Source: Octopus bimaculoides
Taxonomy: Eukaryota
Reading direction: 5' to 3'
DNA length: 42,379 nt
Assembly: GCF_001194135.2 (NCBI RefSeq)
Contig: NC_068993.1
Coordinates: 57,203,392 to 57,245,770 of the forward strand
Made by a program: the position numbers and the translations under genes. Below the pieces are notes generated by a model. The model searched no databases and was not told the DNA's origin. It saw only the letters and a list, made by a program, of their open reading frames with translations. Shown piece by piece: positions 1-11,489 of the stretch; position 1 is the stretch's first letter, and each line of letters starts with the position of its first letter.

Positions 1-578
1 ATATATATATATGTATATATATACACACACACTTATATAAATATCTACACATATATATCTGTGTGTGCGTGAGTGTGTGTGCATGTGTGTATGTGTATGC
101 ATATGCGCAACTATATGTGAATTTGTGTATGTGCGTCTGAGCGTGAAAGTGCGTTGCTTTGAGAAACTGCTCAATACGTCTTTAACAGGTTTATGAAAAA
201 AAAAATTGTATATATTTTCTGATTCGTGTTTTATATATTTGAGTTGTACTTGCACATAAAAGCATAGGACGATTTGCACTCAAACATAGTGTTACCCACG
301 CACACTCAATCTCAACACATACATGCACTCATTCAAAGATACACACACACACACACACACGCTCTCTCTCTCTCTCTCACACACATGAAATCATATGTAG
401 TTACGTATCTATTACTTCATTCATACGTGCGTGCAGACAACGAACTAGATATTTATACATAGCTATATAGATTATGTAGATATATATTAATACAGATGCA
501 TGCATGTACGTAGCGCATGCTGCTCACACATTCACACACACACGCATGCAGGTACACACTCATATACTGGGTCGTTAC

Positions 579-663
579 TTCTTCGGATAGAATGCATTGC
601 ATTGTTTCTTCCCTCCAGGTTGTACCCAGTGACTTCAAGTGCAAAATGATTCAAACGAACCTT
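579..663 (-). CDS. Candidate internal exon of an unidentified gene (KVRLNHFALEVTGYNLEGRNNAMHSIRR)
   Basis: Minus strand: acceptor ctctattAG, 85 nt open in phase 0, donor GAA|GTAACG; purine-rich non-repetitive sequence. No homology recognised. Confidence 0.25.
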
Positions 664-807
664 CTAATAGAGTGTTAGGTTCGATTCATGTCCTTCTCTG
701 TTTTCGAGAGAAATCGGCTCTATTCAAACTTAATGCGCGATGTGATCCACATATTTGCGTATCGCAGGAGACGATGAATTTCAAGAGAATTCTACATCTT
801 TCCATCC

Positions 808-878
808 TTCTTCTTCTTCTTCTTCTTCTTCTTCTTCTTCTTCTTCTTCTTCTTCTTCTTCTTCTTCTTCTTCTTCTT

Positions 879-909
<31 letters not shown>

Positions 910-972
910 TTATTATTATTATTATTCTTATTCTTATTATTATTATTATTGTTGTTGTTGTTGTTGTTGTTG
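808..972 (+). repeat. Compound trinucleotide microsatellite (TTC)n-(TTA)n-(TTG)n
   Basis: Seen directly; explains the poly-L/S/K ORFs at 639-1157. Confidence 0.97.
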
Positions 973-1268
973 CTACTAGTTGTATGCAAATATGCCTGCC
1001 ATATCGCGTTAGCCTTAGTTACTCTGACATACCATAAAACAACAAAGTGAATGTTATATTTCTCAAAAATACTCCGTTTTAAAACTATAAATTTTCTGCC
1101 AAAATCATTCTGACGTAGCTTAATAAAAGGTAAATACTTTATACTATATTTCAACAATAAACACCTTTCACTAATACACCAAGAAATGTATATAAGATCG
1201 ATTTGTATATTTCCTCTCTAAAATATTTGAAGATTCCTTGTTCTGGTCTTTCAATATTTCATATGTAA

Positions 1269-1453
1269 AAGGTGGTGAGCTGCGGAAACGTTAGCACGCC
1301 TGGCGAAATGCTAAGCGGTATTTCGTCTTCTGTTACGTTCTGAGTTCAAATTCCACCAAGGTCGACTTGGCCTTTCATCCTTTCGGGGTCGATTAAATAA
1401 GTACCAGTTACGCACTGGGGTCGATGTCATCGACTTGATCCCTTTGTCTGTCC
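1269..1453 (+). mobile_element. Octopus tRNA-derived SINE, 'family A' (near full length)
   Basis: Pol III box A-like head (GAGCTGCGGAAACGTTAG), box B-like GAGTTCAAATTCC, body GCCTTTCATCCTTTCGGGGTCGA...AATAAGTACCAG...TGGGGTCGA; homologous copies at 5901, 9731, 9876 and 23721. Confidence 0.9.
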
Positions 1454-1625
1454 TACTTTGCAAAGACTTTCAGACATACACACACATACACACACACATA
1501 CACACACACATACAAATCATATATATATATATGTGTGTGTCTATATATTTGTGCGTGTAGGTATGTGTGTGGGTGCTTGTATATGTCTTTGTGTGTATGT
1601 TTATATATATATGTATACACCTTAC

Positions 1626-1660
1626 CGACGCTTTTGATTGAACATATGCCCAGACCAACA
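1626..1660 (-). CDS. Candidate 35-nt exon (all three frames open)
   Basis: Acceptor cctgcttttgtctatatgAG and donor TCG|GTAAGG; a complex island between CA/TA repeats. Confidence 0.2.
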
Positions 1661-2500
1661 CTCATATAGACAAAAGCAGGTATACATACACACCCACACA
1701 CACACACACGCACACACACACACACATATGCGTCTGTATATATATGTACGGATTGATATATATATACATACATATATACATATATATATATGCACGCACA
1801 TATGTGTTTATATATGCGTATGTATATAAAGACGCATCCTCAGCAGCACAGTCGTACAACTATGCGCGCACACACACTCCCACATTCATACACACACAGA
1901 CCTACGTACACTGACGCCTTTATAGAGATACACAAACACTCACACACTCACACGCACACACACGCACACACATTAACCTACTAATTGTAGTTGTAATGCT
2001 TTAAACTGCCAACATTCCTGTCATCGCCTCACCACACGATATACACTGCACGATGCCTACAATGAAAAACAGATGATACAGTCTCCATGAATATGTTACT
2101 GGGAAGCTGGAAGCAAATCAGAGCTGACATTACTGTTATCCTTGCTATAGTACCTCTTTCCTTTTCAACCCGCCAATCCCTGGTGTCTCGTTTACTCGTC
2201 TTGGGCCCACCCTTCGTAAACGTGGGGAAGATGGAGGTTCGCGAATTCGGGATTGCTGGATTTGATGAGATTAGATAGGGTGGGGACGGTCGCGGTCGTC
2301 ATAGTGAATGTAATTTCGATGATGATGGTGATGATGATGATGGTGGTGGTGGTGGTGGTGGTCTTCACCGTGATCTTAACTTTACACACACACGCACACG
2401 CACGCACACACACACAAACACACACACACATATGCGTATATACGTGCACACACACATACATATATGATTTCATATATTTATATGTATGAAATAATATCAA

Positions 2501-2578
<78 letters not shown>

Positions 2579-3073
2579 CGGATTGTGTGTGTGTGTATGT
2601 GGTTTGTGTGTTTGTGTGTGTACTTGTACGTGTGTGTATTTATTCACATAAAACGTACACTCACCCACATACATATACAAGCATACAGATAGGCGCACAT
2701 ACAAAAGAAATGCGTCTACGTCACACGCATGCACACACATCAAGTAGATCTAAATGTGCAGGAGGAATACATATCCAAGATAGATATTCTTTCTTATTCT
2801 ATAATGTTTACTACATAACCAACATCAAAATGACATCACAACTTTGACATACCGTGAACAAAAAAAAAACAAAACAAAAGGAAAAAAACAGAAGCTGGAG
2901 ACAAACAAATATATAAATAACATCACGAATGACATCACAAACTTGACATGCTATAAAAACGTAAGGTAAAGACAAAACAAATATATATTATTACGTGTTT
3001 ATTCTTGTCTTGTTCATGAGGGTATACGCGAGCCAACTGGAATTTCTATTACATAAGACATACACACATAAAC

Positions 3074-3122
<49 letters not shown>

Positions 3123-3163
3123 TAAGCATACACACATACATGCTTATATATTATATTCCTTAC

Positions 3164-3305
3164 GTGCACCCATCCCCCATTCAATATAAACATAAACAAG
3201 CATGTCCCGATTACACTCTCCGAACTCGGCGTCTCCAAGCAAACTTCGTCCATATTTGAACATGTTGTTCCTATTGGAATTCTCTTCTCTCCTTCAGGAT
3301 ATTTT
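3164..3305 (-). CDS. Candidate 142-nt exon (KYPEGEKRIPIGTTCSNMDEVCLETPSSESVIGTCLFMFILNGGWVH)
   Basis: Acceptor ctattttccaatatAG, donor CAC|GTAAGG, open frame phase 2 to 0; phase-compatible with 3585-3628. Confidence 0.4.
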
Positions 3306-3584
3306 CTATATTGGAAAATAGAATCTTTGTTATTTTCGATATTGCTTCTCTTCTAGCGCTTTATGCTGTTTGTTATTGCTGTCAATAATCTTATTGTTAT
3401 TATATTGTTGTTACTGATGATGATGATGTTATTGTTTCCTCTTTGTCATTAGATAGAATTTTATTTATTCACATGTCAACTTTGAATTTGTAATAAATTT
3501 TTCACTGAACCTCAAGCTCTCTTTCTCTCTTTCTCTATCTCTGCCTGCTTCTCAATCTTTCTTTCTCCTTTCTCACAATCTTAC

Positions 3585-3628
3585 GTTTTCTCTATTTCTA
3601 GATGTATTTCTCGTTCTAAGTCTTTCAT
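3585..3628 (-). CDS. Candidate first coding exon (MKDLEREIHLEIEK)
   Basis: ACAAC-ATG context with an in-frame TAG four codons upstream, donor AAC|GTAAGA in phase 2, splices in frame to 3164-3305. Confidence 0.33.
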
Positions 3629-3689
3629 GTTGTCTATCTATGATTTTCATTGTGTATCCTCATGGATATATTGTTCTGCGTGGCTCAAT

Positions 3690-3709
3690 CTTTATAGTTT
3701 CCGCCCAAT
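3690..3709 (-). promoter_or_regulatory. Possible core promoter (ATTGG/GGGCGG/TATAAAG)
   Basis: Minus strand reads ctATTGGGCGGaaacTATAAAG about 65-80 nt above the candidate ATG at 3628; the CCAAT-TATA spacing is atypically short. Confidence 0.2.
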
Positions 3710-4048
3710 AGATTGTAAAGGAAAACAAGATGCTTTGACACAACAAGTTCACATTAAAACGTTCACATTAAAATTTCAAATTAGATTTTAAGTAAAAAAA
3801 GAAAATAACAAACAATAATAATAAAAATATTACAAAATATAACAAAACACACTCAGAAGCAAACATGCAAATAAAACTAGCGAACGAATGAATACAAAGA
3901 AACCAAGGTAAACACAGGAACCAAAATCACAATAACAAAACAATCAACGTTCAAATTTGAGAGAAATTTAATTTAAAGGGCAAAAAGAAAAAAAAAACAA
4001 AGAGACGAAACAAAGTAGAAATGGAATAAATGGAAGCAATATAACATA

Positions 4049-4280
4049 TCACATAACAAAATGGCGGATGTCACGCGACTTCGACCACAACAGAGTTTTG
4101 AATGCCAACAATTTGAACTGTTTGTATAGTCTAAACGGCAGAATGGCTAAAGTCAACAATCACAGGCGCACACGTAGGTGTGTGATTAGAAGATTATGTT
4201 TCTCATGAATACGCTCTTGCCTGTTCAATCCCACAGCGTGAGCAAAACAGGTCTCGGTTTGTTTCGTGTTATGTGACTTC
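4049..4280. promoter_or_regulatory. CpG-enriched promoter-like segment with YY1-type motif
   Basis: CAAAATGGCGG (YY1 consensus-like) around 4057-4067, GTCACGCGAC E-box variant, local CpG enrichment over the AT-rich flanks. Confidence 0.35.
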
Positions 4281-4342
4281 AATTTGCAGGACAAAAAATA
4301 CAGGAACCTACTCGTGTGTGTGTGTGTATATGCTGTTTACTG

Positions 4343-4543
4343 TCTTTTACTCTTGTACATATTTCAATCATTTGACTGCGGCCATGCTGGAACACCGCCT
4401 TTAGTCGAGCAATTCGACCCAAGGACTTATTCGTTGTAAACCTAGTACTTATTCTATCGGCCTCTTTTGCCGAACCGCTATGTTACGGGACGTAAACACA
4501 CCAGCATCGGTTGTCAAGTAGTGTTGGGGTGACAAACACAGAC
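4343..4543 (-). mobile_element. Octopus SINE-like repeat, 'family C'
   Basis: CATTTGACTGCGGCCATGCTGG...CCTAGTACTTATTCTATCGG...GCCGAACCGCT...ACCAGCATCGGTTGTCAAG; homologous copies at 18730 (+) and 22490 (-). Confidence 0.9.
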
Positions 4544-4571
4544 AAACAAACATACACACACACATACATAC

Positions 4572-4617
<46 letters not shown>

Positions 4618-5730
4618 TAAATATATAGGGATTGACAGTAACCTGCTTCTCCAACATACTGAGAATTCAGAAATAGCAGTCAAAGAACTACTGATTTCAA
4701 AACTACAAATTATTACTCCAAATTGTTAATTATTNNNNNNNNNNNNNNNNNNNNNNNNNNNNNNNNNNNNNNNNNNNNNNNNNNNNNNNNNNNNNNNNNN
4801 NNNNNNNNNNNNNNNNNNNNNNNNNNNNNNNNNNNNNNNNNNNNNNNNNNNNNNNNNNNNNNNNNNNNNNNNNNNNNNNNNNNNNNNNNNNNNNNNNNNN
4901 NNNNNNNNNNNNNNNNNNNNNNNNNNNNNNNNNNNNNNNNNNNNNNNNNNNNNNNNNNNNNNNNNNNNNNNNNNNNNNNNNNNNNNNNNNNNNNNNNNNN
5001 NNNNNNNNNNNNNNNNNNNNNNNNNNNNNNNNNNNNNNNNNNNNNNNNNNNNNNNNNNNNNNNNNNNNNNNNNNNNNNNNNNNNNNNNNNNNNNNNNNNN
5101 NNNNNNNNNNNNNNNNNNNNNNNNNNNNNNNNNNNNNNNNNNNNNNNNNNNNNNNNNNNNNNNNNNNNNNNNNNNNNNNNNNNNNNNNNNNNNNNNNNNN
5201 NNNNNNNNNNNNNNNNNNNNNNNNNNNNNNNNNNNNNNNNNNNNNNNNNNNNNNNNNNNNNNNNNNNNNNTATCTCTACTCCGGATTTATATTTGCTCCA
5301 TTACATCGTTTCAAATAAACTATATATTTGTGTGCGTGCGTGTGCGCTCCCGTGTGTTTGTGTGTGTGTGTGTGTGTGTGCGTGTGTGTGTGTGTATACG
5401 CGTGTGTGTCTGTGTGTATGTGCTTGCTTATGAAGTAATTTATATTCATGTATGTATTCTTGTATACAGAAGGAAAAAGGAACACAAATGTGCATTTGAT
5501 TAAAAATAACGAGTTACACCGAAATTCCATTTTCGCTTAGATTTCATTAATAAATGAAAGAAATTCGTCTGTTGGAAACTTGTATGTAAAGACACTGTTG
5601 TCTATAAAATACCCTAAAGTACCAAATCAATAACTGTTCGTGTTATAACAGAACATATGGTCGCGAGTTCTAAACGGTTGCTTTTATAGCTGGTGTTGCG
5701 CATTCTATTAATGTTGCTTTTTCACTCCAG

Positions 5731-5766
5731 ATCAACCGTAATCGATCAGACAAATTATATTCAAAG
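5731..5766 (+). CDS. Candidate 36-nt exon (INRNRSDKLYSK in phase 0)
   Basis: Acceptor gttgctttttcactccAG, donor AAG|GTATAG, length divisible by 3. Confidence 0.25.
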
Positions 5767-5900
5767 GTATAGCCAACATACTTTATTGCGCCCATGTAGT
5801 TCTCAGACAGCACGAAAAAATTCAGAGAGTTCACTATTATTTCCAGCAACGTAATTGACCACACATAGGTCTACTTGTTGAATTCTTTCAGATTTCTTCC

Positions 5901-6069
5901 TGGCAGAATCATTAGCACGCCGGACGAAATCGTTAGCGGCGTTTCGCCAGTCTTCATGTTCTGAGTCCAATTTCCGCCGAGGTCGGCTTTGCCATTCATC
6001 CTTTCGGGGACGATAAGTACCAGTTATGCACTGCGGTCGATGTAATCAACTAGCCCCCTCCCTCAACTT
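5901..6069 (+). mobile_element. SINE family A, diverged copy
   Basis: TGGCAGAATCATTAGCACGCCGGACGAAAT...TTCATCCTTTCGGGG...AAGTACCAGTT aligns with 1269-1453. Confidence 0.88.
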
Positions 6070-6146
6070 TACGCCTTCTGCTTATAGTAGAAAGCTTTGT
6101 TATGTCTCTGTTCGTGTCTGTGTGTCTGTCTGCCTCTCTCTCTCTT

Positions 6147-6177
<31 letters not shown>

Positions 6178-6193
6178 GTATATATATATACAT

Positions 6194-6257
<64 letters not shown>

Positions 6258-7106
6258 CATCTAGTAGAAGATCTAGCCCCGCTATAGATGGTCTAGTCCG
6301 AATATAATACAGCTGAAATATTGGTAGATAGATAGTAAGAATATGATAAATAGGGAAAGAGTGAAATTGTGATGTAATGAATGAAAAAGGAAGATAATAA
6401 ATAGCTGATGAGAAATTTATAAATAGGTATACACATGGAGAGAGGAATGATTGTGTTATGGTACGGAAAGAAAAGACTGATGTAAAAAGGAAGAGCCAAA
6501 TGTTAACCAGTAAAGATGGAAATTGGAATTAGTACCGAATACAATCATATTTGTTTTTTTTAATCAATATTTTAGGCTATCCTTTTCGACGTCTCAACAT
6601 TTTTCGACAATCTCGGATTTAGAATTTAGTTGATACATCCGGGTACGCTCGAAAATATTAATATAAGTATATTCTCCGACGTATGCAGATTATATTTTTG
6701 CTGTTATACCTGTAATCTATAAATGCATTCAAAACGATATGTAGCTAGAAAGCTAAGTCACCTATCACTTTTCGATATATATGAAGTTTGATAGGGTTTA
6801 ATATTAGCGTGTCTTACATTGCATTTCCGCTGTCTCTGTAAATATTGCTCTATCAACTTGCTGGGATTAATCACTCAAATTATAAGTGGTAGATAATGGC
6901 TTTAACGTGGCAGGATGTATTTAGTTGGCGACCATTGGTATATCTCTAACAACAAATTTCTTGAACTTGGTTTGCGTCACGTTTCTATATTTGGAGAGCA
7001 ATGGGTAATTAAATTAATGTATTGAAGGTTGTGTTTCTTAAACAATTTCCTATATCAGCGTATTAAGAAACATTCATCCAAAATTGTGTGGCGAAATTGT
7101 TTTCAG

Positions 7107-7144
7107 CATATTAAAATAGCATTCAACTTCAACTATGGATACAG
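7107..7144 (+). CDS. Candidate 38-nt exon (HIKIAFNFNYGY, phase 0 to 2)
   Basis: Acceptor aattgttttcAG, donor CAG|GTAATT; only phase 0 is open, which matches the end phase of 5731-5766. Confidence 0.28.
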
Positions 7145-7197
7145 GTAATTTTAGTTCAACAGGCAACCTTCAAATTATCTGACCCCACCACACACAC

Positions 7198-7287
<90 letters not shown>

Positions 7288-8534
7288 ATATATAGACCTA
7301 CCCAGGTGCAACTCCATAAGATTGAACACAATTCAATGTGACTTAGCACTAATACTTCAATTACACAATTTCATATAAAAAAATAAATGAATATTTTAAA
7401 CCAGATGATTATCTCAAAAGGCCCGACGCCCTACATTAAAGCATACCCAATACACAGCTAATATAACGATCCCGGGAAAGATCGAACTTCAAATTGGTAA
7501 CGAATAACTTTCAACTTATTAAATACACAGATCTATGTGAATACCACAAGACACTTAATCCGTTGCTCTATCGATTCTTCCGCTCCATCTGCATTTTTTA
7601 AAACAGTAAATAATGAAATGAAACCAGTATAACACTGTAAAAACTACCGTATTGATCTGCCTAGCAACTGGTAAGCTATTGGCAAGTCTGCATTCTAAGT
7701 TCTTTGATCTTGGTTCATTTAATTTATCTATAAATATTCAATATTACTTATATTTTTCTACTTAATGTTAATAATGTTGTTTAATACATATTCTTGTTTA
7801 TTTTAAAATTTTATTTGTTTGTACGAGCGCAATTGTCTTTTTGTTTATTTATTTATTCATTTATTATTTATTTAGTTAATAGTATTGAGATCATTTCAAT
7901 CATATTAATTTTAAACAAATTTATACAAAACAAAACGTACATATGTATAAATATATGAACATGAATATATGCAGATATGTATGCCCGTATGTATGTAAAT
8001 ATATAACACACAAATACACGGAGATGTAAATACACATAACNNNNNNNNNNNNNNNNNNNNNNNNNNNNNNNNNNNNNNNNNNNNNNNNNNNNNNNNNNNN
8101 NNNNNNNNNNNNNNNNNNNNNNNNNNNNNNNNNNNNNNNNNNNNNNNNNNNNNNNNNNNNNNNNNNNNNNNNNNNNNNNNNNNNNNNNNNNNNNNNNNNN
8201 NNNNNNNGCACGCACGCACGCACATATACGTGTTAATGCGTATATTTGTATGTATGCATAATGTATACGAATGCATATATACATACATTATATGTATATG
8301 CATGTCTGTATACAATTATTGCGTATATACAATTATTTCGAAATTATCGATATTGATTATATATTTATTCTAGATGTACAATTTATATGAAACTCGCGCA
8401 TACACAAATACATTTGCCTGCACACACATACACACACAAACACACACACCACAACATATCCCACACTCCCCACAACCACACATCCACATACACACGCAAA
8501 ACACATTCATGTATAAATATATATGTATATATAG

Positions 8535-8570
<36 letters not shown>

Positions 8571-8615
8571 ATATTTATATAGATATCTCCCTCACTTTAT
8601 ATTGTACATACACAT

Positions 8616-8651
<36 letters not shown>

Positions 8652-8752
8652 ACACACACACACACACACATATATAGTTGTTTCTCATTTCGTTACCGAC
8701 ATACGTGTCTATGTCTGCAGGCAGAAAGAAATATGATGTTCTTCGTCTGCGA

Positions 8753-8790
8753 TTATTATTTTTATTATTATCATTATTATTATTATTAAA

Positions 8791-8845
<55 letters not shown>

Positions 8846-8975
8846 GGTGTTGTTGTTGTATTGTTATTATTATTATTATTCTTATTATTGTTGTTGTTGT
8901 TATTATTATCATTATTATTATTATTATTGTTGTTCTTGTTATGTTCACCAACATCATCATCGCGCTAATTGTTGC

Positions 8976-9035
<60 letters not shown>

Positions 9036-9046
9036 TATTATTATTA

Positions 9047-9089
<43 letters not shown>

Positions 9090-9100
9090 CATTATTATTG
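8753..9100 (+). repeat. Compound (TTA)n/(TTG)n/(CAT)n microsatellite
   Basis: Seen directly. Confidence 0.96.
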
Positions 9101-9519
9101 CTTTCTTTCTCTTCGACGGACTGTAAATTGAGACTGCGTTCTATAAACTTCCTACCAGTTATTTTTATTGTTGTTATTGTTCAAGACATTCTCATGCATA
9201 AACAGGTTTTAAAAAAACAAACAAACAAAACTTTCGTTATTTATCCTTCGCGTCTGCTGGCTGCAGGCAAACATTTCTTTTCTTGTTAAGAATTTGTCAA
9301 CGTGTTTGACGTTTAGAAAAAGAGGAGCAGTAGGAGGCATGTATGTCCACTGCGGCCGTAATAACTCTCATACTACCATCTGCTTCTCAAATGAATTAGC
9401 GACTTTATTCCGTAGGTTTTTTTCCTATAACTATATTAAGAAATCTGTTAGTATAACGAGAAGCGACAAACTCAAGAAATACTGTGGTTGGATATAGCGA
9501 TGTAGCAATAATCTGAAAG

Positions 9520-9722
9520 AATGGTTCTCAACCATTTTTTGCCTATGGATCCGTTTGTATCCTACTGGATCCCCATAATATGTTTAAAGAAATCCTATTC
9601 TATTTTTATAATTAAATACCATTAGGAACTGTATATGAAATTGTTAAAATTATTGTCTGCATTTTAGAAGTATAGCCAGTTTATTACACAAAGGCATAAA
9701 CAACAAAATCTTCTACGCCTCC
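9520..9722 (+). mobile_element. Probable non-autonomous hAT-like DNA transposon fragment (one end)
   Basis: Starts AATGGTTCTCAACCATTTTT, resembling CAGTGGTTCTCAAC termini of hAT/Charlie-type MITEs; no second TIR found. Confidence 0.4.
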
Positions 9723-9730
9723 CACTCAGC

Positions 9731-9862
9731 GCCGAGGATCACACTTTGCCTTTCATCCTTTCGATGGATTAATTAAGTACCAGTTGCGTACTGGGGTCAA
9801 TCTAATTGACTGACCCCTCCCCCAAAATTTCGGGCCTTGTGCCTATAGAAAAAAGATTATTA
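9731..9862 (+). mobile_element. SINE family A, 5'-truncated copy
   Basis: GCCGAGG...CTTTGCCTTTCATCCTTTCG...AAGTACCAGTTG...TGGGGTC...GGCCTTGTGCCTATAGAA...ATTATT tail. Confidence 0.85.
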
Positions 9863-9875
9863 TTTTCGGTAGGTT

Positions 9876-10042
9876 TAAGGCGGCGACCAGGCAGAATCGT
9901 TAGCACGCCAGACGAAATGCTTAACGGTCGACTCCGCATTTCATCCTTTCGGGGTCAACAAAATAAGTACAAGTTGAGTACTGGGGTCAATGTAATTGAC
10001 TAGTACCCCTTCCCCAAATCGTGCCTGTAGTACAAAGGATTA
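9876..10042 (+). mobile_element. SINE family A, internally deleted copy
   Basis: AGGCGGCG...GGCAGAATCGTTAGCACGCCAGACGAAATGCTTA head joined directly to TTTCATCCTTTCGGGGTC body. Confidence 0.85.
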
Positions 10043-10199
10043 CTTTAGGTGGGGGGCTTGTCCGAGTGTCGCACAAAATGTACAACGCTATTTTTGCTTT
10101 TTTTCCTTTGCGTTCGGGCCGAGGTCAATTTTGCATTCAACACCTCTGCTCTGGGGTCAATAAAATAAAATGCCAAATTACCAGAATGATTCCAGTGTA

Positions 10200-10830
10200 A
10201 TTTACAAGCAACAGTCTAATCATCCCTCAATATTCATCCTTTTTCTATTAAGTCTGAGTAAACTGTAGTTATTTCGATACATTTCACGTTTCTTATCACT
10301 TAACTCATCGCATACTCTGCATTTGGTTCATTTCTCTTGACCCAATTTACTGATAGAGTCTTTTCATGAGCTGCGGAGATCTTTCCATCGAGATATTCCT
10401 TCGGTGGTCTTTATTTAGCCATAGCCACCTATCCTTCTCATCGCTTATATGTTTGAGATTTTGGTAAAAGATTAGCGAGTCGCATTTTCTTTAAAGTTTC
10501 ATTTACTCTTTTCCATATTTGCATTCACTTTTGGGTCCTCTACATACTGTAAATAACACTTCATTTGTTATATCATTAAGGAATGTTTCTTCCTGTAGAC
10601 AGGAAACTCAATTAATCTTCTCTAGTTCTACCACCTCTGGGAATTCATTAATGTTCTTCCTCTATCTGCTCTTTTCCAGTATAATCGGTCAACAACTAAT
10701 TGAAAATAGCAGGCTGGTGTACATGGGGGGCGATACTTCCTCGTTTTCCTGTTGATGTCCTTCAGATCATCCGCTCTGCATCCAATACTTCCTGTTCTAT
10801 TGCTTATTTGTTTCATGCAGCCTGTTAGTT
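10200..10830 (-). mobile_element. Degenerate Dong/R4-clade non-LTR retrotransposon fragment (post-RT region and zinc knuckle)
   Basis: Minus-strand translation with frameshifts gives ...DDLKDINRKTRK...VDRLYWKRADRGRTL (R4/Dong consensus DVDRLYxxRxxGGRGL, 10655-10693), then TEG, ISAAHEKTL (consensus ETEG.I.AAQDQAL) and KCRVC (10310-10327). Confidence 0.8.
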
Positions 10831-11326
10831 ACAGCAGGACAACGGCTCGCAAATGTCATCTTACCCTCTAGAAGCACTAACAGCATACAGGGCATCTTAG
10901 GACGTGTAGTAGTAGATACATACGCATGCGGAAGGAATATGCGGAGGGTCACGAACAGAATAACCTCCGTCTACTTGACCAGAGATGATTTGCAATTAGA
11001 GCCTGATGACAGAAGTGGTCATCTTAGTATACATCCTCAAGTATCTGATATTTCGCTCAAACATTATAATAAAAGGAAACACTTCCATCTAGAACAGACA
11101 AGAGGTGCAGGACTTTAACAGGCTAATTTGCCTCTGCATATCTGCGCAGGCAACCAGACCTACCTTAAACATCTTTTTGTCTTTATATACACATACGCAC
11201 TGACATCAGAGTAAATTTCAATCAACATTTTTCCTTGATAAGGAATTTCTAANNNNNNNNNNTATGCGTGTGAGGGAGTGACCGCATGTATATGGCCGCA
11301 GCTCTAAGCTGAAACTATATACAAAA

Positions 11327-11364
<38 letters not shown>

Positions 11365-11489
11365 ATGTGTGTGTATGTGTGTGTGTGTGTGTGTGTGTGC
11401 GTGGGCGTGGGCGTGTGTGTATCTGTATGCGTGTGAGGGAGTGACCGCATGTATATGGCCGCAGCTCTAAGCTGAAACTATATACAAAA

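Noticed and set aside
776-794. 14-mer TCAAGAGAATTCTA shared with 38920-38933
   Set aside because: A few such matches are expected by chance in 42 kb of AT-rich DNA, and the flanks do not align.
639-1157. Long poly-Leu/Ser/Lys ORFs, and all similar homopolymer or alternating-residue ORFs in the track (YIYI, HTHT, CVCV, poly-I, poly-D/M/H, poly-V/G/T)
   Set aside because: They are translations of microsatellites that lack stop codons in some frames; there is no coding complexity.
1269-1365. tRNA-like sequences with A/B boxes (also 23464 and 35900-35978)
   Set aside because: They are SINE heads with no intact cloverleaf and are fused to repeat bodies; not tRNA genes.
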